From positions 43,432 to 107,431 of the forward strand of contig JBJXHF010000057.1 in assembly GCA_046160805.1 (NCBI GenBank): a stretch of 64,000 nucleotides of DNA, in the 5' to 3' direction. Shown here piece by piece: positions 25,445-33,914 of this stretch. The position numbers and the translations under genes were made by a program. The notes under the pieces were generated by a model. The model was not told where the DNA came from. It did not search any database and was given only the letters and a program-made list of their open reading frames with translations. Within the stretch, counting starts at the first letter, position 1. The number at the start of each line of letters is the position of its first letter. This DNA comes from Pyrinomonadaceae bacterium. GTDB taxonomy: Bacteria; Acidobacteriota; Blastocatellia; Pyrinomonadales; Pyrinomonadaceae.

Positions 25445-28400
25445 ATGCAGACAGGAATCGATATCAACAAAAGAGAAATGACAGTTGCGAGGCAATATTT
25501 CAGAATAGTCGCAGCTGGCCTCTTTCGCGCGGCTTCCCTTTTTGCGCTGATACTTTTGTTTCTCACCTCTGCATTTTCACAAAGCAAATACGAAAACCGT
25601 CCGATAGCAAAAGTCGATATCTCGTTTGGCGAGAACGACAGTAATCCGCAACTTGTCGAAGAGTTTCGTTTACGCGCGCGAGATGAGGTAGGCGCGACTT
25701 ACTCGGCGGCGCGAATTAGAGACGCTATTGAGGCTCTTTACAGAACCAAAAGGATCGAGACGATCTCGGTTGCGGCAAATTTGGATGCGGTGGGAAATGT
25801 CGATCTGATTTTTAACATAAAGCGCAAGATACAGGCGCAAAAGGTTTCGATAGTTGTCGGGGAAACTGTCGGCGACAAGGTGACGGAGCAGGAGCTGCTT
25901 TTTAAGCTCAACGTCCTGCAGCCCGGCACTGCGATCTCGGAGCAAGTGCTGCGCAACAGCGCCAACGAGATACTCGACTACCTGCGCGAGCGCGGATTTT
26001 ACAGATCTGAGGTCACGTATGAGCGCAGGCCGCTGCAGAATCAGAGCGATGTCGGCGTGACGTTCAAGGTCACGCCGAACGAACAGGCGAAGGTCAGCGA
26101 CTTTACGGTAAACATAGAAGGGTACAACAAGCCGCTGCCGAAAGATTTGCTAAAGCTGCAAAAAGGCGAGGAATTCTCGCGCGAGCGTCTGCAAAGCGAT
26201 GTCAAGAAGGTGCGCGACCTGTTAAAAAAAGACAAGTTTTTAGCGCCGCAGCTTGAAGATCCGCGCTTTACGTATGACGGCGACACCAACACGATCTCGA
26301 TCGTGCTTACGGGCAAGGTCGGGCCGACTGTGGATGTTGCGGTAGTTTCGCCAAAGAAGATTCGCGGCAGCACGCAGACATCGCTGCTGCCGGTGAAACG
26401 CGATGGAACGCTCGATTTTTCGGCGATTGTCGAAGGCGAGCGGCGGCTGGAAAACTTTTATCAGGAGAAAGGGTATTTTTTCGCAGCCGTTACGCCGATC
26501 TGCTCGTCTGTGCCGGCAGTTGTCGATACCGAAAATGTTCCGATAAAAAACGAGACTGAGTTTCTGTGCTCGTTTCTAGGCGGCGAAGATCTTACCGGCC
26601 GCGCGGTCGAGGTCAAATACACCGTCGATCCGGGCCGCAGGTTTACGCTCAACAAAATACAGATCGAAGGCACTGACGAATTGACAATTGAGGATGTGCG
26701 AACTGTTTTGAAATCGCAGGAGGCAAACATTCTCGGCATAATTCCCGTGCTTGGATATGGCCGCGGCTACACTAGCAACGCGATTTTGGAAGAAGATGCC
26801 GCGACGATCAAATCGCTGATGTCCGAGCTCGGTTATCGCGACGCAAAGGTGAATGTGAATCAGGGCATCTCGCTCGACGGCGAAGATTTTATCATCACGT
26901 TCGTGGTTGACGAAGGCCTGCCGACGGTCGTCAGCGACGTGAACATCGCCGGAAATAAAGCTATCCAAACGGATGCCCTGCTTGCCGAATTGCCTGCGAT
27001 TGCCGGCAAAAATTACTCGCGGGCAAGAGAGCGAAATGCGGTGCGCAAGCTTCGCGAATACTATTCGAATCTCGGTTACTACGACGCTCGCGTAACGTCG
27101 AAAATGATCGAGACCGCGACGACGGCAGACAAAAAAAATGCGACGATCGAGTTCACGGTCGAGAACGAAGGCCGTAAGGTCGTCATCAATCGCATACTCG
27201 TAAACGGCAACGAGAGCACGGATACGGATGCGGTTTTGAGGGCGCTGACGCTGCGAACCGGCGAGCTGCTGCGTTCGTTGGACATATACACGAGCGAGCA
27301 GAATTTGTATCAGACGGACGCCTTCTCGCTCGTTGAAATAAAGCCGCAGCCGGCGGGCGACGGCGCGGACGGCAGCCGCTTGACGGACATCATCGTGACG
27401 GTCGAGGAGCAGGCTCCGCGGCTGATCACTTACGGCGGCGGAGCATCGACCGATCTCGGGCTCGACGGTTTTTTCGATATTCGCCACGTCAACCTGTTTG
27501 GCAATTTGTGGCAGGGCGGCGCGCGTGTTCGCGTCAGCCAGCGCAGGCAACTGGTGCAGTTCGATTTTGTCAATCCGCGATTTATCCGCGACACCGAAAA
27601 GCGGTTTGCGCCGCTTACCGTTAGCCTGCTTTACCAGCGTGATGCGACCGTGACGCGGTTTTTCCGCTCGACATTCGATCGCGGCACGTTCGGCATCGTG
27701 CAGCGTGTCGATGAGAACGGAAATCCAATAGACGAATTCGGACGCGATGCCGGCAGCCCGACGATAAACCGCTTCGGCTTATCCGCCGAGACGAGCCGCA
27801 CGATCAGCCGTCGCGCTCGGAGCCTCTTTTTTCTCAGATACCGGTTTGAGGACGTGCGGCTTTTTAATATCGATAGCCTTTTGATCAAAGATCTTTTGCT
27901 GCCCGACCAGCGTGTACGAATTTCAGGTTTTGGTGCAACATTCGTGCGCGACACTCGGCGGAATTGCTCGACCAAATACTCGCTGCTCGACCTAATAACG
28001 AAGGGCGACCAGACCGACCCGTGCCGCTACAGCGCGGGCGACCCGACCAACGGCTCGTTTGTGACGGCGGATTACAATGTGTCGTTTCCCTTCATAGGCT
28101 CCAATATCGGTTTTCAAAAATTTCAGGCGACCTACAATTACTATTACACCTTTCCCGGATTGCGAAGCACGACGCTCGCCGCACGCGGCATCATCGGACT
28201 CGGCCACGTATTCTCCGGCGGTGACAGATTCAACAGCGCGCAATTTCCCTCGCTCAACGGCCTGCTGCCTATCAGCGAGCGGTTTTTTGCCGGAGGCTCG
28301 AACACGCTGCGCGGATTCAATCTCGACGAAGCAGGCCCGCGAGTCGTGATCGTGCCGCAGGGCACGTTTATCAACAGCAACGGCGATCGTATTTTTCTCG

Positions 28401-28771
28401 ACCCGTTCACCGTGCCGTTCGGCGGCAACGGACTTGCAGTTGTGAATATCGAGGCCCGCATTCCATTGTCAAACAGCTTTCGCGCCGTTCCCTTCTACGA
28501 TGGCGGCAACGTTTTCCGAAAGGTTGGCGACATATTCAAATCGCCCGATCTTGCACCTGACGACGTCGCCGGCCAAAACCAGCGAGCCGTTTGGACTCAC
28601 ACGGTCGGCCTCGGCCTTCGCCTCAAAACGCCCGTCGGCGGCGAGTTCGGCGTCGATTACGGCTTTCTCCTAAACCCTCCGCAGTTTTTGATACCGCAAT
28701 CCGCTGGCGGCAACGCCATCTACCGCCTCCCGCCAGGCCACCTCCACTTCCGCTTCTCGCAGGCGTTTTGA
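25445..28771 (+). CDS. bamA: Omp85-family outer membrane protein assembly factor (BamA/TamA-like, multiple POTRA domains)
   Basis: Signal peptide (AASLFALILLFLTSAFSQ), repeated POTRA-like units, and a C-terminal beta-barrel with RGF motif (FFAGGSNTLRGF) and terminal ...HFRFSQAF. The start is taken downstream of the tamB stop; 25478 is an alternative. Confidence 0.88.
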   Translation: MQTGIDINKREMTVARQYFRIVAAGLFRAASLFALILLFLTSAFSQSKYENRPIAKVDISFGENDSNPQLVEEFRLRARDEVGATYSAARIRDAIEALYRTKRIETISVAANLDAVGNVDLIFNIKRKIQAQKVSIVVGETVGDKVTEQELLFKLNVLQPGTAISEQVLRNSANEILDYLRERGFYRSEVTYERRPLQNQSDVGVTFKVTPNEQAKVSDFTVNIEGYNKPLPKDLLKLQKGEEFSRERLQSDVKKVRDLLKKDKFLAPQLEDPRFTYDGDTNTISIVLTGKVGPTVDVAVVSPKKIRGSTQTSLLPVKRDGTLDFSAIVEGERRLENFYQEKGYFFAAVTPICSSVPAVVDTENVPIKNETEFLCSFLGGEDLTGRAVEVKYTVDPGRRFTLNKIQIEGTDELTIEDVRTVLKSQEANILGIIPVLGYGRGYTSNAILEEDAATIKSLMSELGYRDAKVNVNQGISLDGEDFIITFVVDEGLPTVVSDVNIAGNKAIQTDALLAELPAIAGKNYSRARERNAVRKLREYYSNLGYYDARVTSKMIETATTADKKNATIEFTVENEGRKVVINRILVNGNESTDTDAVLRALTLRTGELLRSLDIYTSEQNLYQTDAFSLVEIKPQPAGDGADGSRLTDIIVTVEEQAPRLITYGGGASTDLGLDGFFDIRHVNLFGNLWQGGARVRVSQRRQLVQFDFVNPRFIRDTEKRFAPLTVSLLYQRDATVTRFFRSTFDRGTFGIVQRVDENGNPIDEFGRDAGSPTINRFGLSAETSRTISRRARSLFFLRYRFEDVRLFNIDSLLIKDLLLPDQRVRISGFGATFVRDTRRNCSTKYSLLDLITKGDQTDPCRYSAGDPTNGSFVTADYNVSFPFIGSNIGFQKFQATYNYYYTFPGLRSTTLAARGIIGLGHVFSGGDRFNSAQFPSLNGLLPISERFFAGGSNTLRGFNLDEAGPRVVIVPQGTFINSNGDRIFLDPFTVPFGGNGLAVVNIEARIPLSNSFRAVPFYDGGNVFRKVGDIFKSPDLAPDDVAGQNQRAVWTHTVGLGLRLKTPVGGEFGVDYGFLLNPPQFLIPQSAGGNAIYRLPPGHLHFRFSQAF

Positions 28772-28773
28772 TT

Positions 28774-28828
28774 AATTGAGAATTGAAAATTGAGAATCAG
28801 GAAAATTTCAATCTCCATTCTCCATTTT
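28774..28828. repeat. Family-3 palindromic repeat (GAGAAT/GGAGAAT words)
   Basis: aattgagaattgaaaattgagaat / atttcaatctccattctccattt form an imperfect inverted repeat directly after the bamA stop. The word content is related to the tandem repeat at 20291-20332. Confidence 0.75.
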
Positions 28829-28831
28829 TCA

Positions 28832-28915
28832 CTGTCCCAGTGTCCCAAACGGCTTGGGACAGGTTAAACCATTGAGCAAATTAAGCTTAAGCCTTGCTGT
28901 CCCAGTGTCCCAAAC
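28832..28915 (+). repeat. two identical 19-bp direct repeats CTGTCCCAGTGTCCCAAAC
   Basis: Copies at 28832-28850 and 28897-28915, 65 bp apart. The first is followed by a small hairpin, GTCCCAAACGGCTTGGGAC. Confidence 0.9.
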
Positions 28916-28952
28916 TTTTTTTAATGCTAGATGCGAGGCTTGGTGGTTTAGT

Positions 28953-29017
28953 CGTTCCAAACGTTCCAAACGTTCCACGCGATCCAGCTGGTCCAAATCG
29001 TTCCAAATCGTTCCAAG
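28953..29017 (+). repeat. seven degenerate 9-10 bp tandem repeats (CGTTCCAAA)
   Basis: cgttccaaa cgttccaaa cgttccacg cgatccagc tggtccaaa tcgttccaaa tcgttccaag. These share a [GT][TC]CCAAA core with the 19-mers at 28832 and 28897. Confidence 0.85.
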
Positions 29018-29132
29018 CTTGAGTGCGTTGTCATCAACTTTGGATTTTTTTCTTGTATTTCAAAGATCAACAATCGTCATACTTCAACGATCCCGCATCA
29101 AGCTAACACACAGGGTGCGCATTTGAAATACT

Positions 29133-29289
29133 AACTTTCCGAATATGACGCAACTTTCCGGATATGACGCAACTTTCTTAATTTGACGCAAGTTTCCGAA
29201 TATGGCGTAACTTGCCGATGTGATACAAAGAAGAACCCCGTCGCTACCGCTCCCGGTTCTGACAAGACGCAAGTTTCCGAATTTGACGT
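29133..29289 (+). repeat. iteron-like array: five contiguous 19-bp direct repeats plus a sixth copy
   Basis: Units start at 29133, 29152, 29171, 29190 and 29209 with consensus AACTTTCCGAATATGACGC. The fifth is degenerate. A sixth copy lies at 29271-29289. An inverted CGTCATAC lies at 29076-29083. Confidence 0.9.
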
Positions 29290-29345
29290 AGTTTTTCGGC
29301 CCTAAGCCGATTTTATCCCGCGTTAGCGGCGTACAGACTTTATGC

Positions 29346-29532
29346 GTGAGTTTCAACCCACACAAAGCCGGTGGTAAAATTATCCGTGACGCCCAGTTCC
29401 GCCGACCTGTGCATGATCGAGCTCGGCACCGACGCCGCAAAGCTCGTCTCCGTCCTCAACTACGACGGCATGCCGATCACGGCGGACAATATCTTCAGGC
29501 AGATAAAAGGGAAGATGGAAAAGGAAATTTAG
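29346..29532 (+). pseudogene. possible frameshifted small XRE-type HTH gene (candidate R-M controller remnant)
   Basis: The frame starting at 29346 gives ..KAGGKIIRDAQFRR. The +1 frame continues ..SSADLCMIELGTDAAKLVSVLNYDGMPITADNIFRQIKGKMEKEI* with its stop at 29530-29532. Joined, they fit the XRE HTH pattern (G.kIr..R....s..dL...LG.....is..e.G..P). No SD is seen. Confidence 0.3.
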
Positions 29533-29583
29533 TTGTCCCCGCCCACACGCCCGTGAAGTGTGGGTGCTGCGTTCTGTGTAACT

Positions 29584-30006
29584 ATGGATGTTCATACAAA
29601 GGAACAGCGCTCGCGGAATATGAGAGCTATCCGAAGTGTGAACACCAAGATGGAAGTTGTGTTAGCAAAAGCTCTCTGGGCGCGTGGACATCGTTACAGA
29701 AAAAACGACAAGGCTGTCTTTGGAAAGCCTGACCTGACGTTGAAACGTCACAAGCTTGCGATATTCGTCGATAGCGAGTATTTTCACGGCAAAGACTGGG
29801 AAACCGCTAGGTTCATCATTAAATCGCGAAGAGAGTTTTGGTGGAAGAAAATTGAAGGTAATATGAAGAGAGACATCGTCGTCAATCAACACTTAAAAGA
29901 AATTGGGTGGACGGTTCTAAGGTTTTGGACCCAAGACGTTAAGCGAAACTTAACGGATTGTATTAAGACAATAGAGAGGACAATCGACCCAACGAAAAAT
30001 GGCTAA
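29584..30006 (+). CDS. vsr: very short patch repair endonuclease
   Basis: [39 protein letters not shown]...GKPDL...[11 protein letters not shown] matches the Vsr pattern. It overlaps the dcm start by 8 nt (ATGGCTAA). Confidence 0.9.
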   Translation: MDVHTKEQRSRNMRAIRSVNTKMEVVLAKALWARGHRYRKNDKAVFGKPDLTLKRHKLAIFVDSEYFHGKDWETARFIIKSRREFWWKKIEGNMKRDIVVNQHLKEIGWTVLRFWTQDVKRNLTDCIKTIERTIDPTKNG

Positions 30007-31204
30007 ACGCTACTCTCAGCTAAGAAACGATCTAAACATAACCGTTGACCGGAACACCGACAGCGGCCTTGCTCATTTAACTCATTATCTACACTCGTAC
30101 TCTAACGGGGTTTCGAAATACTTTCGACCCGGCGCAACTGAATTCTTGGCTGCAAGCGGAATCACTGAAACGTCTCTTGAAGATTGTCTGCCTATTGAAT
30201 GGGATATTCCTTTTCCGCCACCCTTAAGGCCAAAATTTACCTTTGTTGATTTATTCGCGGGAATCGGCGGAATCAGGATGGCTTATCAAAATCTTGGAGG
30301 AAAATGCGTTTTTTCATCCGAGTGGAATGCTTTCGCCAAACTCACGTACGAGAGAAATTTTGGTGAGGTGCCATTCGGCGACATTACAGCGATTGACGAG
30401 AAAGAAATTCCCGATCACGACATTCTAGTGGGCGGATTTCCTTGTCAACCATTCTCGATTGCAGGAGTAACGAAGAAAACGGCGTTAGGTAAACAACACG
30501 GATTCCTTGACGAAACGCAAGGAACTCTGTTTTTCGATATCGCAAGGATTCTCAAAGAAAAGAAACCCAAGGCATTCATGCTGGAGAATGTTAAGAATCT
30601 CCTATCCCATGATAAAGGCAAAACTTTCAAGGTGATCGCTCGAACGCTCGACGAGATTGGATATTCTATTCACTCAAGAGTCCTCGACGGCAAACATTTT
30701 GTTCCACAGCATCGGGAACGGATCGTTATTGTTGGATTTCGATATGATGTTTTTGCGGGTTGGGAACAATTTGAATTCCCTGAATTACCAAACGCTACAC
30801 ATCGGATAGCTGACATCCTCGAAGAATCTCCAGACCCGAAATACACTCTCACGAGCCATCTCTGGAAGTATCTTCAAGACTACGCCGCCAAACATAAGGC
30901 TAAGGGAAACGGTTTTGGATTTGGGCTTACAAATCTTGATGGTATCTCACGCACCTTGAGCGCCCGTTATTACAAAGACGGCGCAGAGATTTTGATTCCG
31001 CAATCGGACAAAAATCCACGACGCCTTACTCCTCGCGAGTGTGCAAGATTGCAAGGATTCCCGGACTCATTTGAGATTCCTGTTTCGGATAATCAAGCCT
31101 ATCGGCAGTTTGGCAATTCAGTTGTCGTGCCGTTGATTCAAGTAGTTGGTGGCCGCTTAATCCAGACAATAAAGGAGAATGCACATGCCGCAACTGGATC
31201 TTGA
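29999..31204 (+). CDS. dcm: DNA (cytosine-5)-methyltransferase
   Basis: Motif [11 protein letters not shown], motif [11 protein letters not shown], motif [10 protein letters not shown], motif [14 protein letters not shown] and QFGNSVVVP. Confidence 0.93.
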   Translation: MAKRYSQLRNDLNITVDRNTDSGLAHLTHYLHSYSNGVSKYFRPGATEFLAASGITETSLEDCLPIEWDIPFPPPLRPKFTFVDLFAGIGGIRMAYQNLGGKCVFSSEWNAFAKLTYERNFGEVPFGDITAIDEKEIPDHDILVGGFPCQPFSIAGVTKKTALGKQHGFLDETQGTLFFDIARILKEKKPKAFMLENVKNLLSHDKGKTFKVIARTLDEIGYSIHSRVLDGKHFVPQHRERIVIVGFRYDVFAGWEQFEFPELPNATHRIADILEESPDPKYTLTSHLWKYLQDYAAKHKAKGNGFGFGLTNLDGISRTLSARYYKDGAEILIPQSDKNPRRLTPRECARLQGFPDSFEIPVSDNQAYRQFGNSVVVPLIQVVGGRLIQTIKENAHAATGS

Positions 31205-32132
31205 CTCCATGCGACAATTTTTGTCGAAGAGTATCAGCAGCATCAACCAAAACAAGATTAATGGCATGCTCGCGGAAATCGATTTACGGAACACCTTAAA
31301 TGGCTTGGGGTTTGGTGATCGAATTTCTCAAGGTGGCTGGATCATGCGTAATGTCGGGCCGGGAGTATTCGGACATCACACTGTCGTAGTTTTTCCTGAA
31401 ACGATCCAACCTGCAACTGATTATCCGGTCGGCGGAGTGCCGAATGCCCCGCCAATGGCTTTGCATACGATCTGCTCAACTATGCATCAGATTGGTGTTC
31501 ATAGCTTTCATTGCGTCCCTTCAGTTGCTCTCGCAAACGACACCGAAAGCGTTACTTGGCAAACCACCCAACTCGGTATTCCGAATCCGGCTCCATACAC
31601 GCCGCTCTTAGCAACTATAGCTAACTTTAGCCTGCGAGCTAAGAAATACAACTTTCTTAGGTATCACACTGAAACAGGTATTATTCCGATTGCCTCCATA
31701 CCAGAGGAATTCACCAAAGAACATTTGCGCGTAACTTTACAGACTCAATTCATGACGGAAATGTCAGATATCGATGGAATTATTTGGGGACAACAATACA
31801 CCTATCCCATCGAGATCAAAGAAAAAACGGTTGCCAATGACAACAAGTTGGGCAATTACTTTGGCCTAGACGTTGGGCCGTTTGTGAAGTTAGCCTTCTA
31901 TGCGGCTAAGAAAGGAAATCTTCATTCCCTGTTTTTCGTTCGCGAAATAAATAACACCGTGGACCGAGAACTCGTAAACTGGTGGTTTATTACCTTCGAT
32001 ACGTTGGCACAATATGCTTCATGGGTTCCGCAAGGTGGCGGGATGAACATGCAGGGCGGTGGAAGCACAGTTGTAAAAATTCCACGGGCTGAGTTTACAG
32101 CGTTAACAGCCGCCGCGCTCAACGATCTTTGA
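31185..32132 (+). CDS. putative type II restriction endonuclease partner of the m5C methyltransferase
   Basis: It overlaps the dcm 3' end. SD AAGGAG lies 7 nt before the ATG at 31185. A candidate PD-(D/E)XK signature is present: [21 protein letters not shown] (D...E-I-K). No family is recognised by eye. Confidence 0.45.
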   Translation: MPQLDLDSMRQFLSKSISSINQNKINGMLAEIDLRNTLNGLGFGDRISQGGWIMRNVGPGVFGHHTVVVFPETIQPATDYPVGGVPNAPPMALHTICSTMHQIGVHSFHCVPSVALANDTESVTWQTTQLGIPNPAPYTPLLATIANFSLRAKKYNFLRYHTETGIIPIASIPEEFTKEHLRVTLQTQFMTEMSDIDGIIWGQQYTYPIEIKEKTVANDNKLGNYFGLDVGPFVKLAFYAAKKGNLHSLFFVREINNTVDRELVNWWFITFDTLAQYASWVPQGGGMNMQGGGSTVVKIPRAEFTALTAAALNDL

Positions 32133-32143
32133 GCTACCGAGAA

Positions 32144-33269
32144 TCATGCGGCTGCCTTCTTAGCCGCTGGCTCAAAATCTACAAATAGCAGTTTCGTACG
32201 ATTCTTAAAGTTTTCTTTTACTACTTCCATCGTTAGTTGCCCGCTGGAAAGAACAGCCACGAGGAAATCCGCCCAAGCCGGCGCATATAAGTAGTCCTCA
32301 TGAACCGTGTCATAAACGCAGTACTTGTCATTCGTTTGATCGGTCGGAAGATGCTCTTCCGTGATCGGACGGACCGAGAATACATAATACAGGCACCGAT
32401 GATCGTTATGATTTAATTTGATACCGGTTTTTTCTTCGACTTCCTTAAGAATGCTTCCCGGCTTAACTCGTCCAAGGTTCGCGACTCCATGAACCTCGCG
32501 CTTTTCTTTTACCAAGACCTCAAGCTTCTCATAAGCTGCTCGCTCCTCGTCACTAAGGTCCTTCCAGTTCACAAACTCGATTGCCAAATCGTTCCGGGAT
32601 GTATTTGAAACCTTCGGTATCTGTATCAACTTGATGCTAAATTCTTGGGAGAGAAAAACATCTTCAGGGAGATCTTCCCGATAATTCTTTACATATTCCT
32701 TGATTCTTGTCGCTTCTCGAGATTGATAAGACTTCACCGATTTCTTCTGTTCAGCGGTTCTCATCGTCGAAAACTGGAGTGAATATGCAAGGTTTTCGTT
32801 TACTGCATATTCTTGCCCAAACAATTCAATTAGGACGTTTTCGTAGTTATATAGAAGTGATTGACATTCGCCAAATACGAGTGCGCCGATAGTCAATTCA
32901 TCGATATGTCGATGTTCGATCTTATTCCTTAGGCCAATGATAAATTCAAGATTCGCTGTTACCGCCGAATTCAACTTTCCGAATTGTCGGATACACTTTG
33001 AAAGCTCCCAAGCCTTCCGTTCACCGTCGACAATCTCGTATCGCTTAGGGTTCCTTCTTGTCCTTGTAGTAATAACGATCACCGATTGTTTTATTGAAGT
33101 AAGCTTGGAATAACCGGGTCCACGCTATCACCATCAGCGATATATAGCACTGTGTACGGAACGTCGCCCGGGGTTTGTTATAGACCTCGACAGCAAGGAG
33201 GGCGGCATCGATTGATTCCGCAAGAATGGATTTTGTTTTGCCCTGTCGAAGTTTCATCCTTTCGTACAC
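32144..33269 (-). pseudogene. DUF3644-like protein, split by a frameshift near 33045-33082
   Basis: The 74-aa ORF (33269-33045; ..AALLAVEVYNKPRATFRTQCYISLMVIAWTRLFQAYF..) and the 312-aa ORF (33082-32144; ..NLEFIIGLRNKIEHR..) together resemble one DUF3644-type protein. The two frames overlap across the run acaaggacaagaagg. Confidence 0.55.
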
Positions 33270-33426
33270 AGTATAGCGAATTCTCTTCAGTCATAAAGGC
33301 TTGACACTCATTCTGAAAAGTCCGAAAATTCTCTTGTTCGCAAACAAATCAATAACCTAACTTCGGATGGCCTTACTTAGCTTTTTTTTGTTGTCCGAAA
33401 TGGACGATAAAGGAGGCTTTTTAACT

Positions 33427-33642
33427 ATGGCAGAAACAGGACACGCAAGGAATGTTGCGAATTTTGAGACGTTGATCGCGTTTTGCGTCGGTTATGGCGG
33501 GGATTATAAGCCGACGAATCCGCTGATCGAGATACCGGCTTTGCAGACTTTGTTGGCGCAGGCGCAGGCGGCGTTGGATGACGTTCAAACGAAGCTGGCT
33601 CCGTGGAAGAATAAGGTTGCCGACCGCGAGAATGTTTACTAG
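33427..33642 (+). CDS. hypothetical small protein, possibly a truncated fragment
   Basis: SD AAAGGAGG lies upstream of the ATG at 33427. The 71-aa product MAETGHARNVANFETLIAF... has no recognisable domain and ends just before a repeat-rich segment. Confidence 0.35.
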   Translation: MAETGHARNVANFETLIAFCVGYGGDYKPTNPLIEIPALQTLLAQAQAALDDVQTKLAPWKNKVADRENVY

Positions 33643-33753
33643 GGCATCAGGCCTTTGACGACGACAGGTTTTGGCGGCGTTGACCTTTATTAAATTTCTT
33701 TATATTTCAAGTTAAGTGTATCGCCCTTGCTAAAGTGCGGGCTTTTGCAACGC

Positions 33754-33829
33754 GGGCGGAAACGTGAGTGTAAACGAGCGTGCACGCGCTAATGAAGCCG
33801 CACGCTCGTTTACACTCGCGTTTCCGCCC
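33754..33829. repeat. long hairpin repeat (30-nt arms, 16-nt loop)
   Basis: gggcggaaacgtgagtgtaaacgagcgtgc pairs with gcacgctcgtttacactcgcgtttccgccc, with one G-U position. A solo arm copy lies at 13242-13271. Confidence 0.9.
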
Positions 33830-33914
33830 GTACCTAAGCGCCTCAAATTGCCCGCGCAGGCTAGTTTTGGTATCTTAGAAAGTTGCTCAATAGTATAAAA
33901 ACAGGACGTATTTA

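Noticed and set aside
26576-27550. 324-aa minus-strand ORF, with similar long antisense ORFs at 19120-19764, 23989-24528, 39179-39898, 43180-43743, 46022-46732, 49041-49649 and 49893-50414
   Set aside because: All lie entirely within well-supported genes on the opposite strand (bamA, ribB, tamB, the glycine-zipper protein, the YARHG protein, the PPIase, katG and ahpC). Their products are Arg/Ala/Ser-biased and low-complexity. They are shadow ORFs typical of GC-rich codon-position bias.
29133-29289. Could the 19-bp tandem repeats be a CRISPR array?
   Set aside because: The units are head to tail with no spacers, are only 19 bp long and degenerate progressively. No cas genes or leader are nearby. 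They behave like iterons, not CRISPR repeats.
14196-29289. Could the two TATGAC-containing arrays be the ends of a Tn7-like or Mu-like transposon or another large mobile element?
   Set aside because: Both arrays are in the same orientation, whereas transposon ends must be inverted. The interval contains core genes (ribB, tamB, bamA) at normal GC. No transposase or integrase is present.
29375-29390. DnaA-box-like TTATCCGTG near the iterons
   Set aside because: It matches only the first 6 of 9 consensus positions, it is a single copy, and it falls inside the putative HTH pseudogene. That is insufficient to call an origin.
29084-29440. 118-aa minus-strand ORF, and the plus-strand ORFs 28854-29126 and 29346-29732, in the iteron region
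   Set aside because: Their sequences are translations of the tandem repeats (for example the recurring FGNLR/FGKL). They have no SD. The 29346 frame runs through the vsr start. Only the short HTH-like halves are retained as a possible pseudogene.
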